Positions 9,438-18,818 of a stretch of DNA of 64,000 nt are shown here, piece by piece; position 1 is the first letter of the stretch; each line of letters starts with the position of its first letter. This DNA is from an uncultured archaeon. GTDB lineage: Archaea; Asgardarchaeota; Lokiarchaeia; Sigyniarchaeales; SOKP01. The stretch is from contig CAZALK010000016.1 of the NCBI GenBank assembly GCA_964486045.1, positions 32,001 through 96,000 of the forward strand, read 5' to 3'. Position numbers and translations under genes: made by a program. The notes beneath the pieces are model-generated. The model had not been told where the DNA came from, ran no database searches, and saw only the letters and a program-made list of their open reading frames with translations.

Positions 9438-10139
9438 ATGCCATTATTTCAAGTTGATATTAGCAGAATATTATTCGTTTATGTCGTGGGTGTGGTAATC
9501 ATTTTTGTTTCAACAGTTCTAATTTATAAAACTCTTAAAAAAGGTAGAAACAAGCCCAATCTCTTGATTTGTGGATTTTTCATATGTTTTGTTATATCCA
9601 TTTCCTTAAATGTAATCTATGCCCCTATTTTTCTCACGGATATAAGGGAAGTTTTGTATAGAGTAAATATCTTTTTTCTCTTTTTCGGCTTATATTTCGC
9701 ATTGCTTTTTACTTTATATTTGTATAAAGAAAATGAAATAAAGAATAAATATCTATTAATCACTAGTGTTCTTTATGGGACATTATTGATAATATTACTT
9801 TACCATCCGGATAACATTACCATTAATGTATCAACAAATTGGAATCCTATATGGAAATTGAGCATAATGATTTCCATAATTCTTATATCATTAGTTTATT
9901 GTTTCATTCCAACAATTACATTATCTATAATAATATACAGAAGATTTCAAATAAAAATTTTAAAGCAAAAATTCAAGTATTTTATTATTGGTATAACGGG
10001 TGCATATATGACATTATTTGGAGCTATACTAACATATTCTACGAATAACCCTACAATTATTCTTATATTTAGCTTTACATCAATGGTAAATATCGTTTGG
10101 ACCCTTTTTATCTATTATGGGATGACAAGCAATTTATAG
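9438..10139 (+). CDS. Seven-TM membrane protein, hypothetical (sensor-like)
   Basis: About 7 hydrophobic segments; no cytoplasmic output domain. Confidence 0.75.
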   Translation: MPLFQVDISRILFVYVVGVVIIFVSTVLIYKTLKKGRNKPNLLICGFFICFVISISLNVIYAPIFLTDIREVLYRVNIFFLFFGLYFALLFTLYLYKENEIKNKYLLITSVLYGTLLIILLYHPDNITINVSTNWNPIWKLSIMISIILISLVYCFIPTITLSIIIYRRFQIKILKQKFKYFIIGITGAYMTLFGAILTYSTNNPTIILIFSFTSMVNIVWTLFIYYGMTSNL

Positions 10140-10180
10140 AAATTTAGTATTTAATTTTCTCAATCAAAATTATAGTTTCA

Positions 10181-10210
10181 GACCTCGTCTTCTAAAGAAG
10201 GAGGATGTCA
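10181..10210 (+). mobile_element. Possible relic IS200/IS605-type right end
   Basis: GACCTCGTCTTC-TAAA-GAAGGAGG-ATGTCA: a GC-rich hairpin ending in GATGTCA, within AT-rich intergenic DNA; no transposase nearby. Confidence 0.4.
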
Positions 10211-10377
10211 TTAGCATTTCATTCTACTGAAGTTATCTCTCTTTTTATCTTTTTATAATTATTGTCTACAAAAATTAATGGTAAGGTTTTCTGAAACATG
10301 TTCACCAATAAAGTTATATGAACTCAAATTCTGTTCTAAATTAAGTATAATGAATTTGAAACATAGGTGAAAATAAA

Positions 10378-11160
10378 ATGAGTGTGGAAGTTTACCTTAA
10401 TAAAAACATAAAAGAAATTATCACAGAATTTCCTAAGGTTGAAGAGATTTTAGAAGAATATAGTATAGGTTGTGGTACATGCGGAGAGGGGTTATGCGAA
10501 TTGAAAGACATATTGGAAATTCATTATTTAGAAGAAGACTTAGAGAATGAATTAATGGCAAGGATTTCACAAGCTATATATCCAGATAAGAAAGTTGAGT
10601 TTCCAAAAAGGAAAAGGAAATCGAAGGATCAGAAAGAAATTAAATATTCACCTCCCATGAAAAAGATGGTTGATGAGCATGTACTAATAAAGAGATGGTT
10701 AGTTCTCATCCCTAAAGTAATTGAAAATCTTGATTTAGATACTGAAGAAGGTTTACTTCTCATCAATAATGGAATTGACTTTATACGAAATTATGCCGAT
10801 AAATACCACCATGCAAAGGAAGAGGATGAAACGTTCAAATATTTTGATGAAAACTTAGACATATTAAAAGTGATAAAGAACGATCATAAAAAGGTGCGAA
10901 ATCATGTGAAGGCCATGCTTCAAGCTGTAAAGGATAAAGATAAAAATTCACTTGCAGAGCACTTGAAAGCTTACAGTGAGATATTGCCAGAGCATATAAA
11001 AAAAGAAGATGATATCTTATACCCTTGGATGGACAGAAACCTTTCTACAAAAGAAATTGGGCAATTGTATGCAAAGTTTAATGTAATTGACGAGGAATAT
11101 GGAGATGCACCTAGAAAGCACAGAAATTTTATCGAAGAATTAGAATACAACTTTAATTAA
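10378..11160 (+). CDS. Hemerythrin (HHE) domain protein with DUF1858-like Cys-rich N-terminus
   Basis: GCGTCGEGLC; DEH, YHHAKEE, DH, HIKKEDDILYP; AGGTGA SD. Confidence 0.88.
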   Translation: MSVEVYLNKNIKEIITEFPKVEEILEEYSIGCGTCGEGLCELKDILEIHYLEEDLENELMARISQAIYPDKKVEFPKRKRKSKDQKEIKYSPPMKKMVDEHVLIKRWLVLIPKVIENLDLDTEEGLLLINNGIDFIRNYADKYHHAKEEDETFKYFDENLDILKVIKNDHKKVRNHVKAMLQAVKDKDKNSLAEHLKAYSEILPEHIKKEDDILYPWMDRNLSTKEIGQLYAKFNVIDEEYGDAPRKHRNFIEELEYNFN

Positions 11161-11268
11161 AGCTTAGGTATTCGATTCATACCCTATATCCAATTTTTAC
11201 GTTGGATATCAACTAATTCTTTATGTGAAATACTATTAGCTATAAAAAAAAGTAATAAGTCAAAATTA

Positions 11269-11670
11269 TTAATCAATAGATTTTAAAAAGGAGAGAAATA
11301 TTTCCTGAGATGCTTCCGGCATCTCTTCAACTTGTTTTTTCACTTTTTCTTTAAATTCTTCTTTTGATCTAGCGTCCTTTAATATATAATTGTCGATATC
11401 TCTAAATTTGTTAGTAATTTTTTCATAAGCATGAGTAATTGCATCAAGATGTTTACTTACTTCTAATTTCCATTCTTGATCAACGGGATATTTATCTTTA
11501 TCTTTCTTTTCTTTATCCTTTTCTTTTTTCTTATCCTTCTCCTTATCTTTATCTTTATCCTTCTTATCTTTGTCTTTCTTATCTTTGTCTTTCTTATCTT
11601 TGTCTTTATCTTTTTTATCTTTATCTTTTCCCATAAAATCTCCTCTGTTTAAAAAGTCATCTAAACTCAA
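11269..11670 (-). CDS. Hypothetical protein with a Lys/Asp low-complexity N-terminus and helical C-terminus
   Basis: (KD)n/DKK repeats. Alternative start at ATG 11634, preceded by GAGGAG. Confidence 0.7.
   Translation of the reverse strand: MSLDDFLNRGDFMGKDKDKKDKDKDKKDKDKKDKDKKDKDKDKEKDKKKEKDKEKKDKDKYPVDQEWKLEVSKHLDAITHAYEKITNKFRDIDNYILKDARSKEEFKEKVKKQVEEMPEASQEIFLSFLKSID
11561..11605. repeat. Three exact 15-bp tandem repeats (TTCTTATCTTTGTCT) encoding DKDKK
   Basis: Copies at 11561, 11576 and 11591, with degenerate copies on both sides. Confidence 0.9.
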
Positions 11671-11819
11671 AAAAATACTCCAATTATTTAAAATTTTGGA
11701 GTTTACTCATAACTATTTCAAAAATTATTTCTAAATGTATGTGATAAAACCAAGATTAAAAGGAAGAACTCTATTAATTATATAAATCGAAATAAACACA
11801 ATTAAGAATTTCAAAAAAA

Positions 11820-12203
11820 ATGATACTATCGGTACTTGTTTGCGATACCACTGGTTATCCATTCTATTCACGGAAAATAGATTCAAGCATAGGTGAAATG
11901 GATCCGGCAATTTTTAGCGGTTTAATATCTGCTATTGGAGCTATTGGGAAAGAGTTATTTAAAGAAGAGATCGCGACAATTTCTTATGGTGAAAATTATG
12001 AAATCATCATAATAACAAAAGAATTGTTTGGTGATAAGAAGTCTATTTATTTCGTATTCTTAATTGAGGGAGAACCAGATCTTCCTCTTATGAAAAAGCT
12101 AAGCACTAATATTTTCATCGAAACCAAGCACGTACTTAAAGATCCTTCATCGGCAAAGTTGGATATCAAGGAAAAAGTTGATAAAATAATAGATAATTTA
12201 TAA
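11820..12203 (+). CDS. Longin/roadblock-like domain protein (eukaryotic signature protein)
   Basis: ILSVLVCDTTGYPFYSR...DPAIFSGLISAI...GKELF pattern typical of Asgard longins. Confidence 0.75.
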   Translation: MILSVLVCDTTGYPFYSRKIDSSIGEMDPAIFSGLISAIGAIGKELFKEEIATISYGENYEIIIITKELFGDKKSIYFVFLIEGEPDLPLMKKLSTNIFIETKHVLKDPSSAKLDIKEKVDKIIDNL

Positions 12204-12330
12204 GAAACATAAAGTCACACTTTTTTTCACCTAAAAAGGTAAACAATCGATATTAAGGTAAGATTTTTACTCTATAAAGATAAGCTTTTTAAAATATTTT
12301 AAGAGTTAAAACTTAACAACAAATAACTAG

Positions 12331-12708
12331 GTGTTTAAAATATCAAGAATTATTCATTTTGAACTCAATGTTAAAGACGTAGAGAAAACCAAAAAATTTT
12401 ATGAAAATGTGTTTGGATGGAAAATAGAAAAATGGGAAGGACCTATTGACTATTGGCTCATCACGACGGGAGAAGAAGGAGAACCGGGCATCGATGGAGG
12501 ATTAGGGAGTGAGGAAGAAGGGTTCCCAAGAGTTGTAAATACCATCGGTGTTGAAGATGTTGATGAGGTTATTAAAAAGATTGAAAGCAATGGTGGTGAA
12601 ATAGTGCGACCAAAACATGCTGTTCCGGGAGTTGGTTGGATGGCTTACTTTAAAGATTCTGAAGGAATTATAACAGGAGTAATGCAAGAAGATCCTGAAG
12701 CTAAATAA
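12331..12708 (+). CDS. VOC/glyoxalase family protein
   Basis: IIHFEL, FYENVFGW, PGIDGG, VPGVGWMAYFKDSEG; probable true start ATA 12340. Confidence 0.92.
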   Translation: MFKISRIIHFELNVKDVEKTKKFYENVFGWKIEKWEGPIDYWLITTGEEGEPGIDGGLGSEEEGFPRVVNTIGVEDVDEVIKKIESNGGEIVRPKHAVPGVGWMAYFKDSEGIITGVMQEDPEAK

Positions 12709-12865
12709 TTGCTTTTTCCTGTATTTTAACCTAACTCCTAATTTTTTTAAAATGTTTTAAACTAAAATCATTAAATTATTAATTCTTTAAATTTAGTATA
12801 AATACAATAAAGTTGTCTAATATCCTAAATGAGAATAATATATCATCATAAAAAAGGAGTTTAAA

Positions 12866-13021
12866 ATGAATTGTCCTAATTGTAGAACAGTACTTAATGA
12901 TAGTAATCAGAAATTTTGTGAAACATGTGGTTTTGAACTAAATAAAGAAGCTGAGGAAAAAGTTGAAATAATAAAACCACGCAGTAAATTTAAAGTATTT
13001 TCACGTCGAAAATGTTGTTAA
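12866..13021 (+). CDS. Small zinc-ribbon protein ending in RRKCC (51 aa, not in ORF track)
   Basis: AGGAG SD; MNCPNCRTVLNDSNQKFCETCGFEL...FSRRKCC*. Confidence 0.8.
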   Translation: MNCPNCRTVLNDSNQKFCETCGFELNKEAEEKVEIIKPRSKFKVFSRRKCC

Positions 13022-13077
13022 ATTCTGTTTAGTAAGACAGCATGTTATTAAATTGAATATCACAGGTTGAATATCAA

Positions 13078-14322
13078 ATTACACAATATATTATAATTGG
13101 TGGGGGTCCGGCTGGTGCTACAGCAGCCCTAGAAATAAAAGGATTAGATCCAGAAGGAAAAATAATCTTAATCTCTAATGAAGATTATCAATTCTATAAA
13201 AGGAGTAAAATAATTAATCTTGTTTCAGTTAGTTGTTCTGAAGATGATCTCTTTCTAAAGGGAAAAACACTCTATGATGACCACAACATAAGGTTTATTT
13301 ATGGTCAAGTAGAAAAAGTTCTAGCAAACGAAAAACAAATTTTAATGAAAAGTGGTAAAACTATAAACTATGATTTTCTTCTAGTAGCTTCTGGGGGTAG
13401 TCCTTTAGTATTACCATGGAAAGGTGTAGGTTTAAAGGGAATTTCTACCTTGTATACCCTTGACGATGCAAAAAAAGTAGCTGATCAAGCTTGTGATGCT
13501 AAACATGTAGTTGTCATAGGAGGTGGGTCGATTGCTATGAAAGCTATCCAAAATTTCAAGAAACTTGATTTAAATATCTCAATTATTGAGAAAGCTTCTC
13601 ATCTATGGCCTATCGGTTTTGATAGGAAGATTTCTCGAATCGTTGAAAAAAGAATTAAAGAAAAGGGTATTCAAATATTTCTGAATGAAGAGGTAGTTGA
13701 ATTTAGGGGTAATGAAGAAAGGTTGACACATGTAATATTAAAGAGCGGACGTGAGATTCCCGCGGATATAGCAATCATAACAATTGGGACTAAACCTAAC
13801 GTGGATTTTCTAGATGATACTACCGTTAAATTTGACCAAGGAGTAATCGTAGATAGTAATCTGAGATCAACTATACCTACTATATTCGCCGCGGGGGATG
13901 TTGCTCAAATTTATGACCCGCTCTATAATATTCCGATGCTTCACACTACCTGGGGAAATGCAAAAAAACAAGGTAGAATTGCTGCGATAAACATGACTGG
14001 TGGCAATATGATTTACAAGGGAGTAATTCCCATTCAAAGTATAAAAATATTTGGATTTAAAGCCATTGCAGTAGGTATCACTCACTCTAAGGAAAACTAT
14101 GATGAAATATCTTGGGTTTCATTTGAAAAAGAGCAATGTAGGAAATTTGTTTTAAGAAATAATAAGCTTGTTGGAGCATTAGTTTTAGGAAAGGATATCG
14201 ATAAGAAAACTCTAAAACCCTTATTAAAAAAAATTGTTTCTAAACAAGTAGAGATTGACCATTATGGTCCCCTCCTTTTGGAAGAAAATCTCGATTTTGA
14301 GACCTTGTTTAATGAAATATAA
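13078..14322 (+). CDS. NAD(P)/FAD-dependent oxidoreductase (rubredoxin-reductase/nitrite-reductase flavoprotein family)
   Basis: The FAD motif YIIIGGGPAG lies 5' of the track start, in frame from ATT 13078; LVASGG, VIGGGSI, IFAAGD. Confidence 0.9.
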   Translation: MTQYIIIGGGPAGATAALEIKGLDPEGKIILISNEDYQFYKRSKIINLVSVSCSEDDLFLKGKTLYDDHNIRFIYGQVEKVLANEKQILMKSGKTINYDFLLVASGGSPLVLPWKGVGLKGISTLYTLDDAKKVADQACDAKHVVVIGGGSIAMKAIQNFKKLDLNISIIEKASHLWPIGFDRKISRIVEKRIKEKGIQIFLNEEVVEFRGNEERLTHVILKSGREIPADIAIITIGTKPNVDFLDDTTVKFDQGVIVDSNLRSTIPTIFAAGDVAQIYDPLYNIPMLHTTWGNAKKQGRIAAINMTGGNMIYKGVIPIQSIKIFGFKAIAVGITHSKENYDEISWVSFEKEQCRKFVLRNNKLVGALVLGKDIDKKTLKPLLKKIVSKQVEIDHYGPLLLEENLDFETLFNEI

Positions 14323-14588
14323 ATTTTTGAGATTGCTTTCTCGTCTCCTTCGATAACTAAAATTTCTTTATCGATATCATCGAAATCTTTTTAAGTTTTT
14401 TCAATTAACGCTTCTTATTGTTGAATTTTTAATCATGGAGTATCACTGTGAGAACATATGAGAATCATCCTTAAATTTGAATTGATTTAGATAAATAGAA
14501 TATTATCACGAAAAAATAATCCCATATATTTAAAATGGTTGAGTTTATGGTAATCATTATTTGACAAAAAAATAAAAAGCAAGTTTAG

Positions 14589-17405
14589 ATGCTGTCAAGA
14601 AGAATTACATCTATAATTTTAATCCTATCAATTTTTTCTTCACATATTGTATTTATTGTTTTAGGAACTAACCAAATTATGCCTAATGGTAAAAAAATAG
14701 ACTTAAAAGGAGATAAAATACAAATTTCCGCCAATATTATAAAATACTGGATAGTTTCCCCTGAAACTAAAATTAGTCCGGATTCAAATCCACCTTCAGG
14801 ATTAATGGGAATCAATAATTTAACGCTTTTTTTAGCAAAAAATGAAGATGAATTCTTCCATCTTGTACTAGAGGGTCCGTTGGATGATGTCGATATAGCG
14901 TTACCTGACAATTTTACAAGCGCAACAAATATTTTTCCTTCACAAAATATAGAGTTGTTTAGAGAAGAATTTATAGGAATAACCAGTTCAGAATGGGATA
15001 CGCTTGAAGGAAATTATCCACCTTACTTACCCTCTGGGAAAGAATATGCAGATGGAATGGTACCTTTTGTTGATCCATATAATGCTTCAAATCAACCGGG
15101 TCGCAATTTTTCAATACCATCAAATGAGGTAAAAGCTATAATTGTAAAGTTTAAAGCTAACACGACACAAGCTCCTGGGATGTTTAAAGGTAATTTGACT
15201 CTTAGTGCGGCTGGAAAAATCCCTACGAATATCCAAATTTCATTGTACGTATGGAATTTTACGCTACCTAACGATGCTATCATAACTAATTATGGTATTG
15301 AAACAGGATATCATTCAATTTGGGATTTAGAAGGAATATCTGAAACATCTCCTGATCTCCCACAATTAAGGCAAAGATACTATGAATTACTAGCTGAATC
15401 CAAATTATTTCCAACAGCAATACAACCAAGACCTGGTTTTGATCCCATTACCGGTGTATTAGATATGACTGTACTTGGTCCAATAATCGATAATTTAATT
15501 TCATATGGATTGAGTGCATTTGAAATCCCTAGTTATTATGATGATTTTAATGAAATGTATCCTGATGGGAGTATAACCGCAAATTTCAATTCAGCAACTT
15601 GGAATGCTTCAGCTATTAAATGGTATCAATCATGGTCTAACTGGTTGGACACCCGTGGAATCTTGGATAATAGCTATGCATTTGTAGTTGATGAGACAGA
15701 ATGGGTAAGCGACGAACCCTACCATTTAGGACCATTAGGATATGAACGTGCGTGGCAATGGGCCCACCTTATTCACCAGGCTGACCCCGATTTACAATTT
15801 ATAATGGCAGATAATATATTATCTCTCTCCATTGAATCTAATTATATGGATTTAAGAAAAACTAATCTTCCAATAATATGGGACGTTTATACTGCAGATA
15901 TTGATAGTGTTGGTTTAGATGTTCAAATTAAAACATTAAAAAGCAAAGGGTTTGATTTTTGGTTAGTGCCCAATGATCATTATGACTTTATTGATTTTTC
16001 AGGAATTCATCCAAGAGCAATAGGAGCTTATTCCTATTTTCATGATTTAACTGGTATTGAAATTTGGGATACTATTTCATGGCCACAATCGGTTATCGAT
16101 CCGTGGTCACAAAATCCTTCTCACGAGTATGGTAATGGGGGGGGAGCAATAATTTACCCTGGAAAAAAGTGGGGTGTTCAAGGACCTTTGCCTAGTTTAA
16201 GATTGGAGTTAAATAGAGAAGCTATAGAAGATTTTTCATATTTCAAACTTGCTTCTGATTTAGGGGCTTCAAACTTTGCTAAAAATCTTGCTAATAATAT
16301 CATTCCATCCGATTTCTACGGACTTGATTCTAATGAGATTAATTCTTCTCACTTCTTAAATGCAAAACTCGCACTGGCTGGAGAGATTCTCAGGAGAGGT
16401 AATCCTTCACAGCTATTAGATGCAAATTTAACTAACATAGAAGCTCTTTTACCCAAAGGTTTTGGACAGATTCCATCAGTTGTGAGTGGACAAATTAAAT
16501 TTAATGAAAGTTCTTCTGGTATTTGGGGTATTCAGGTAACAGATGGATTATCCATGACAACAAGTAATTTTACTGGTCATTATACATTATCTACTCTTCC
16601 GGGTAATAGAACCTTACGATCTTTTAGAGCTATTAGGAATAACTTAGTTTATAACAATTCTTTAATTGATGTTGAACCAAGTGTTAAAAATTTTTCTGTA
16701 ATAGCTGGACAAAGCCTGACAGGAGTTGATCTATCAATGTCGGATTCAAATCGCTTTCAAAGTTTATTAGATTCATTCGAATATGAAGATCAAGAGAAAT
16801 TACACTGGAATATAGGAGGAGGAGGCACAATGGATATAAAAACGAGCTTCCCAAGTGGTATCTATAGTACCGAAAATAGTTCGATGTTAGAAGTTAATTT
16901 TGATAGAAGCGGAGATTCAGAACTTTATACCTACTTCAATTTTAGTGGTGATGCTGGGAAAAATCGCGAAGACGAATTATGGATAGATTTTTACACAGTT
17001 TCAGGATCAATTTATACAATTCTTGAAATTGCAATTGGAGAACAATGGGAATTTTATAGAACTTTTATCCTTGGTCCTGGTGGTCCATTTACAATTACTA
17101 TTCCACTGAAGATGGTCGATGATTTAATCAGTGGCGGTCTATCTTCAGCACTTATATCCCTGACTATTGTTGCGGATGTTACCTTAGGAAGTGATAACCA
17201 ATTTCAAACTGGAGAAAGAACTGTTTTTATGGATAATATACGTATCTTACTTAAAAACAATGCATCTGTAAATTTAGTAGCTGACGGTGGTAACAATGAT
17301 GGAATTTCAATATCGGGATCAGATGTTAGCATGATATTAACTGCTGTTATTATTGGAATTAGCTCGATTTTAATAATTTGGCGCAGAAGGAAATATATTT
17401 CATAG
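14589..17405 (+). CDS. Secreted, C-terminally anchored glycoside hydrolase (GH123/DUF4091-like)
   Basis: Signal peptide; LYVWNFTLP; VVDE acid pair; GNGGGAIIYPG...PLPSLRLELNREAIEDFSY; C-terminal TM plus RRRK. Confidence 0.75.
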   Translation: MLSRRITSIILILSIFSSHIVFIVLGTNQIMPNGKKIDLKGDKIQISANIIKYWIVSPETKISPDSNPPSGLMGINNLTLFLAKNEDEFFHLVLEGPLDDVDIALPDNFTSATNIFPSQNIELFREEFIGITSSEWDTLEGNYPPYLPSGKEYADGMVPFVDPYNASNQPGRNFSIPSNEVKAIIVKFKANTTQAPGMFKGNLTLSAAGKIPTNIQISLYVWNFTLPNDAIITNYGIETGYHSIWDLEGISETSPDLPQLRQRYYELLAESKLFPTAIQPRPGFDPITGVLDMTVLGPIIDNLISYGLSAFEIPSYYDDFNEMYPDGSITANFNSATWNASAIKWYQSWSNWLDTRGILDNSYAFVVDETEWVSDEPYHLGPLGYERAWQWAHLIHQADPDLQFIMADNILSLSIESNYMDLRKTNLPIIWDVYTADIDSVGLDVQIKTLKSKGFDFWLVPNDHYDFIDFSGIHPRAIGAYSYFHDLTGIEIWDTISWPQSVIDPWSQNPSHEYGNGGGAIIYPGKKWGVQGPLPSLRLELNREAIEDFSYFKLASDLGASNFAKNLANNIIPSDFYGLDSNEINSSHFLNAKLALAGEILRRGNPSQLLDANLTNIEALLPKGFGQIPSVVSGQIKFNESSSGIWGIQVTDGLSMTTSNFTGHYTLSTLPGNRTLRSFRAIRNNLVYNNSLIDVEPSVKNFSVIAGQSLTGVDLSMSDSNRFQSLLDSFEYEDQEKLHWNIGGGGTMDIKTSFPSGIYSTENSSMLEVNFDRSGDSELYTYFNFSGDAGKNREDELWIDFYTVSGSIYTILEIAIGEQWEFYRTFILGPGGPFTITIPLKMVDDLISGGLSSALISLTIVADVTLGSDNQFQTGERTVFMDNIRILLKNNASVNLVADGGNNDGISISGSDVSMILTAVIIGISSILIIWRRRKYIS

Positions 17406-17781
17406 AAAATAAAGTAAATATGAAGATATAAGGTATTTAAACAAGACCTTAATTTATCAAAATGAATTAAACAATTACCTTATTTCATAGTAACATATGC
17501 AATCATAATTGTATTCTTTTTTTTCAATTAAAGAAGTTATTTTCTTTAACCCAATTTTTATAAATTAATTCAATTATAATAGTGGTGTTAGAACAATTAA
17601 CGTATAAAATTCACACTTAAAAGAGAAGTAAATCATGTCATTTGTTAGTGTAGAACACCCAGTAGAAAAATTAAAAGAAATTTTCTCAAAAGAGCAAAAA
17701 TTAACATTTCTAGTAATTAATTTTAAAAATAAAATAATTTAAAATATAAATGTAGAAATCTTATTTACCATAATCAAGTTA

Positions 17782-18639
17782 TTACCATTTATCATATTTT
17801 GACTCTCTTTTTTCGAGGGTCGCAAAAACGCCTTCAAGTGCATCTTCTGCCTGAATACAAATGACTTGAGTTCTATTTTCCAGTTTTGTAGCAGAATTGA
17901 GCGAGGGAGCGTCTACATTCATATTTAGAGCATCTTTCGTGAATCTTACACCGATTGGACTTTTTCTTAAAATCTGTTTTGCTATGTTAAGTGCTTCATT
18001 TAGGACTTCATTATCAGGTACGACTTTGGATACAAAACCAATTTTATCCGCCTCTTGAGCATTCCAAACTCTTCCTGTATACATAAATTCTGCTGCTCTT
18101 GAGAATCCAATGAGTCTGGGTAGCCAATAAGAGCTTCCACAATCGGCACCTGAAAGTCCAATGTTAATATATGCATTACAAAATTTAGCACTTTCTCCCG
18201 CAATCCTAATATCGGATGCTAAAGCAAACGAAAGACCTCCCCCATATGCTGCTCCTTTTATTGCTGCGATTACCGGTTGAGGGATTATCCTTAGAGTTAC
18301 CATCAATTGAGATATTAATTTCTGTACTATTACAGCTCTTTTAACCTTATCTTTATTTTGAAGGTATTCGAATTTCTGGAGTTCTTCTGGTACTCTTTTT
18401 TTAAAGATAATTTGACTATCTTTTAAATCCAGCCCAGAACAAAATGCTCTACCTTCACCAGTTAATACTACTACCCGTATATTAAGGTTGTTTTCTAAAG
18501 TGTTAAGATAATTTTGCAAATCTTCAACAAATTGGAAATTAATTGCATTTAACCTATCTGGTCGGTTAAAACTTATAATGGAAATACCATCTTCCCTTTC
18601 TTGAACATTTATAGTCTCATATTCTGTTATTTTACACAC
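17782..18639 (-). CDS. Enoyl-CoA hydratase/isomerase family protein
   Basis: NRPDRLNAI, LTGEGRAFCSGLDL, PVIAAIKGAAYGGG; probable start ATA 18630. Confidence 0.92.
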   Translation of the reverse strand: MCKITEYETINVQEREDGISIISFNRPDRLNAINFQFVEDLQNYLNTLENNLNIRVVVLTGEGRAFCSGLDLKDSQIIFKKRVPEELQKFEYLQNKDKVKRAVIVQKLISQLMVTLRIIPQPVIAAIKGAAYGGGLSFALASDIRIAGESAKFCNAYINIGLSGADCGSSYWLPRLIGFSRAAEFMYTGRVWNAQEADKIGFVSKVVPDNEVLNEALNIAKQILRKSPIGVRFTKDALNMNVDAPSLNSATKLENRTQVICIQAEDALEGVFATLEKRESKYDKW

Positions 18640-18818
18640 CAGTTATGTATTAAATTTAACTTTTAATTTTGTTTTAATTTAGTTTTATAGTTTGCTTTTA
18701 TTAATATTTACCTCATAAATCTTCTGCTGAACAAGCAAAATGAATTCTATAAGTTTAAAATAAGGGAGTTTCATAACATAATAAGAAAAATTCCTTTTTA
18801 CAGAAGTCTTGAGAAGAA

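Noticed and set aside
11167-11209. TTCGATT loop resembling a tRNA T-arm, plus an 8-bp hairpin
   Set aside because: No cloverleaf; more likely structure at the ends of converging transcripts
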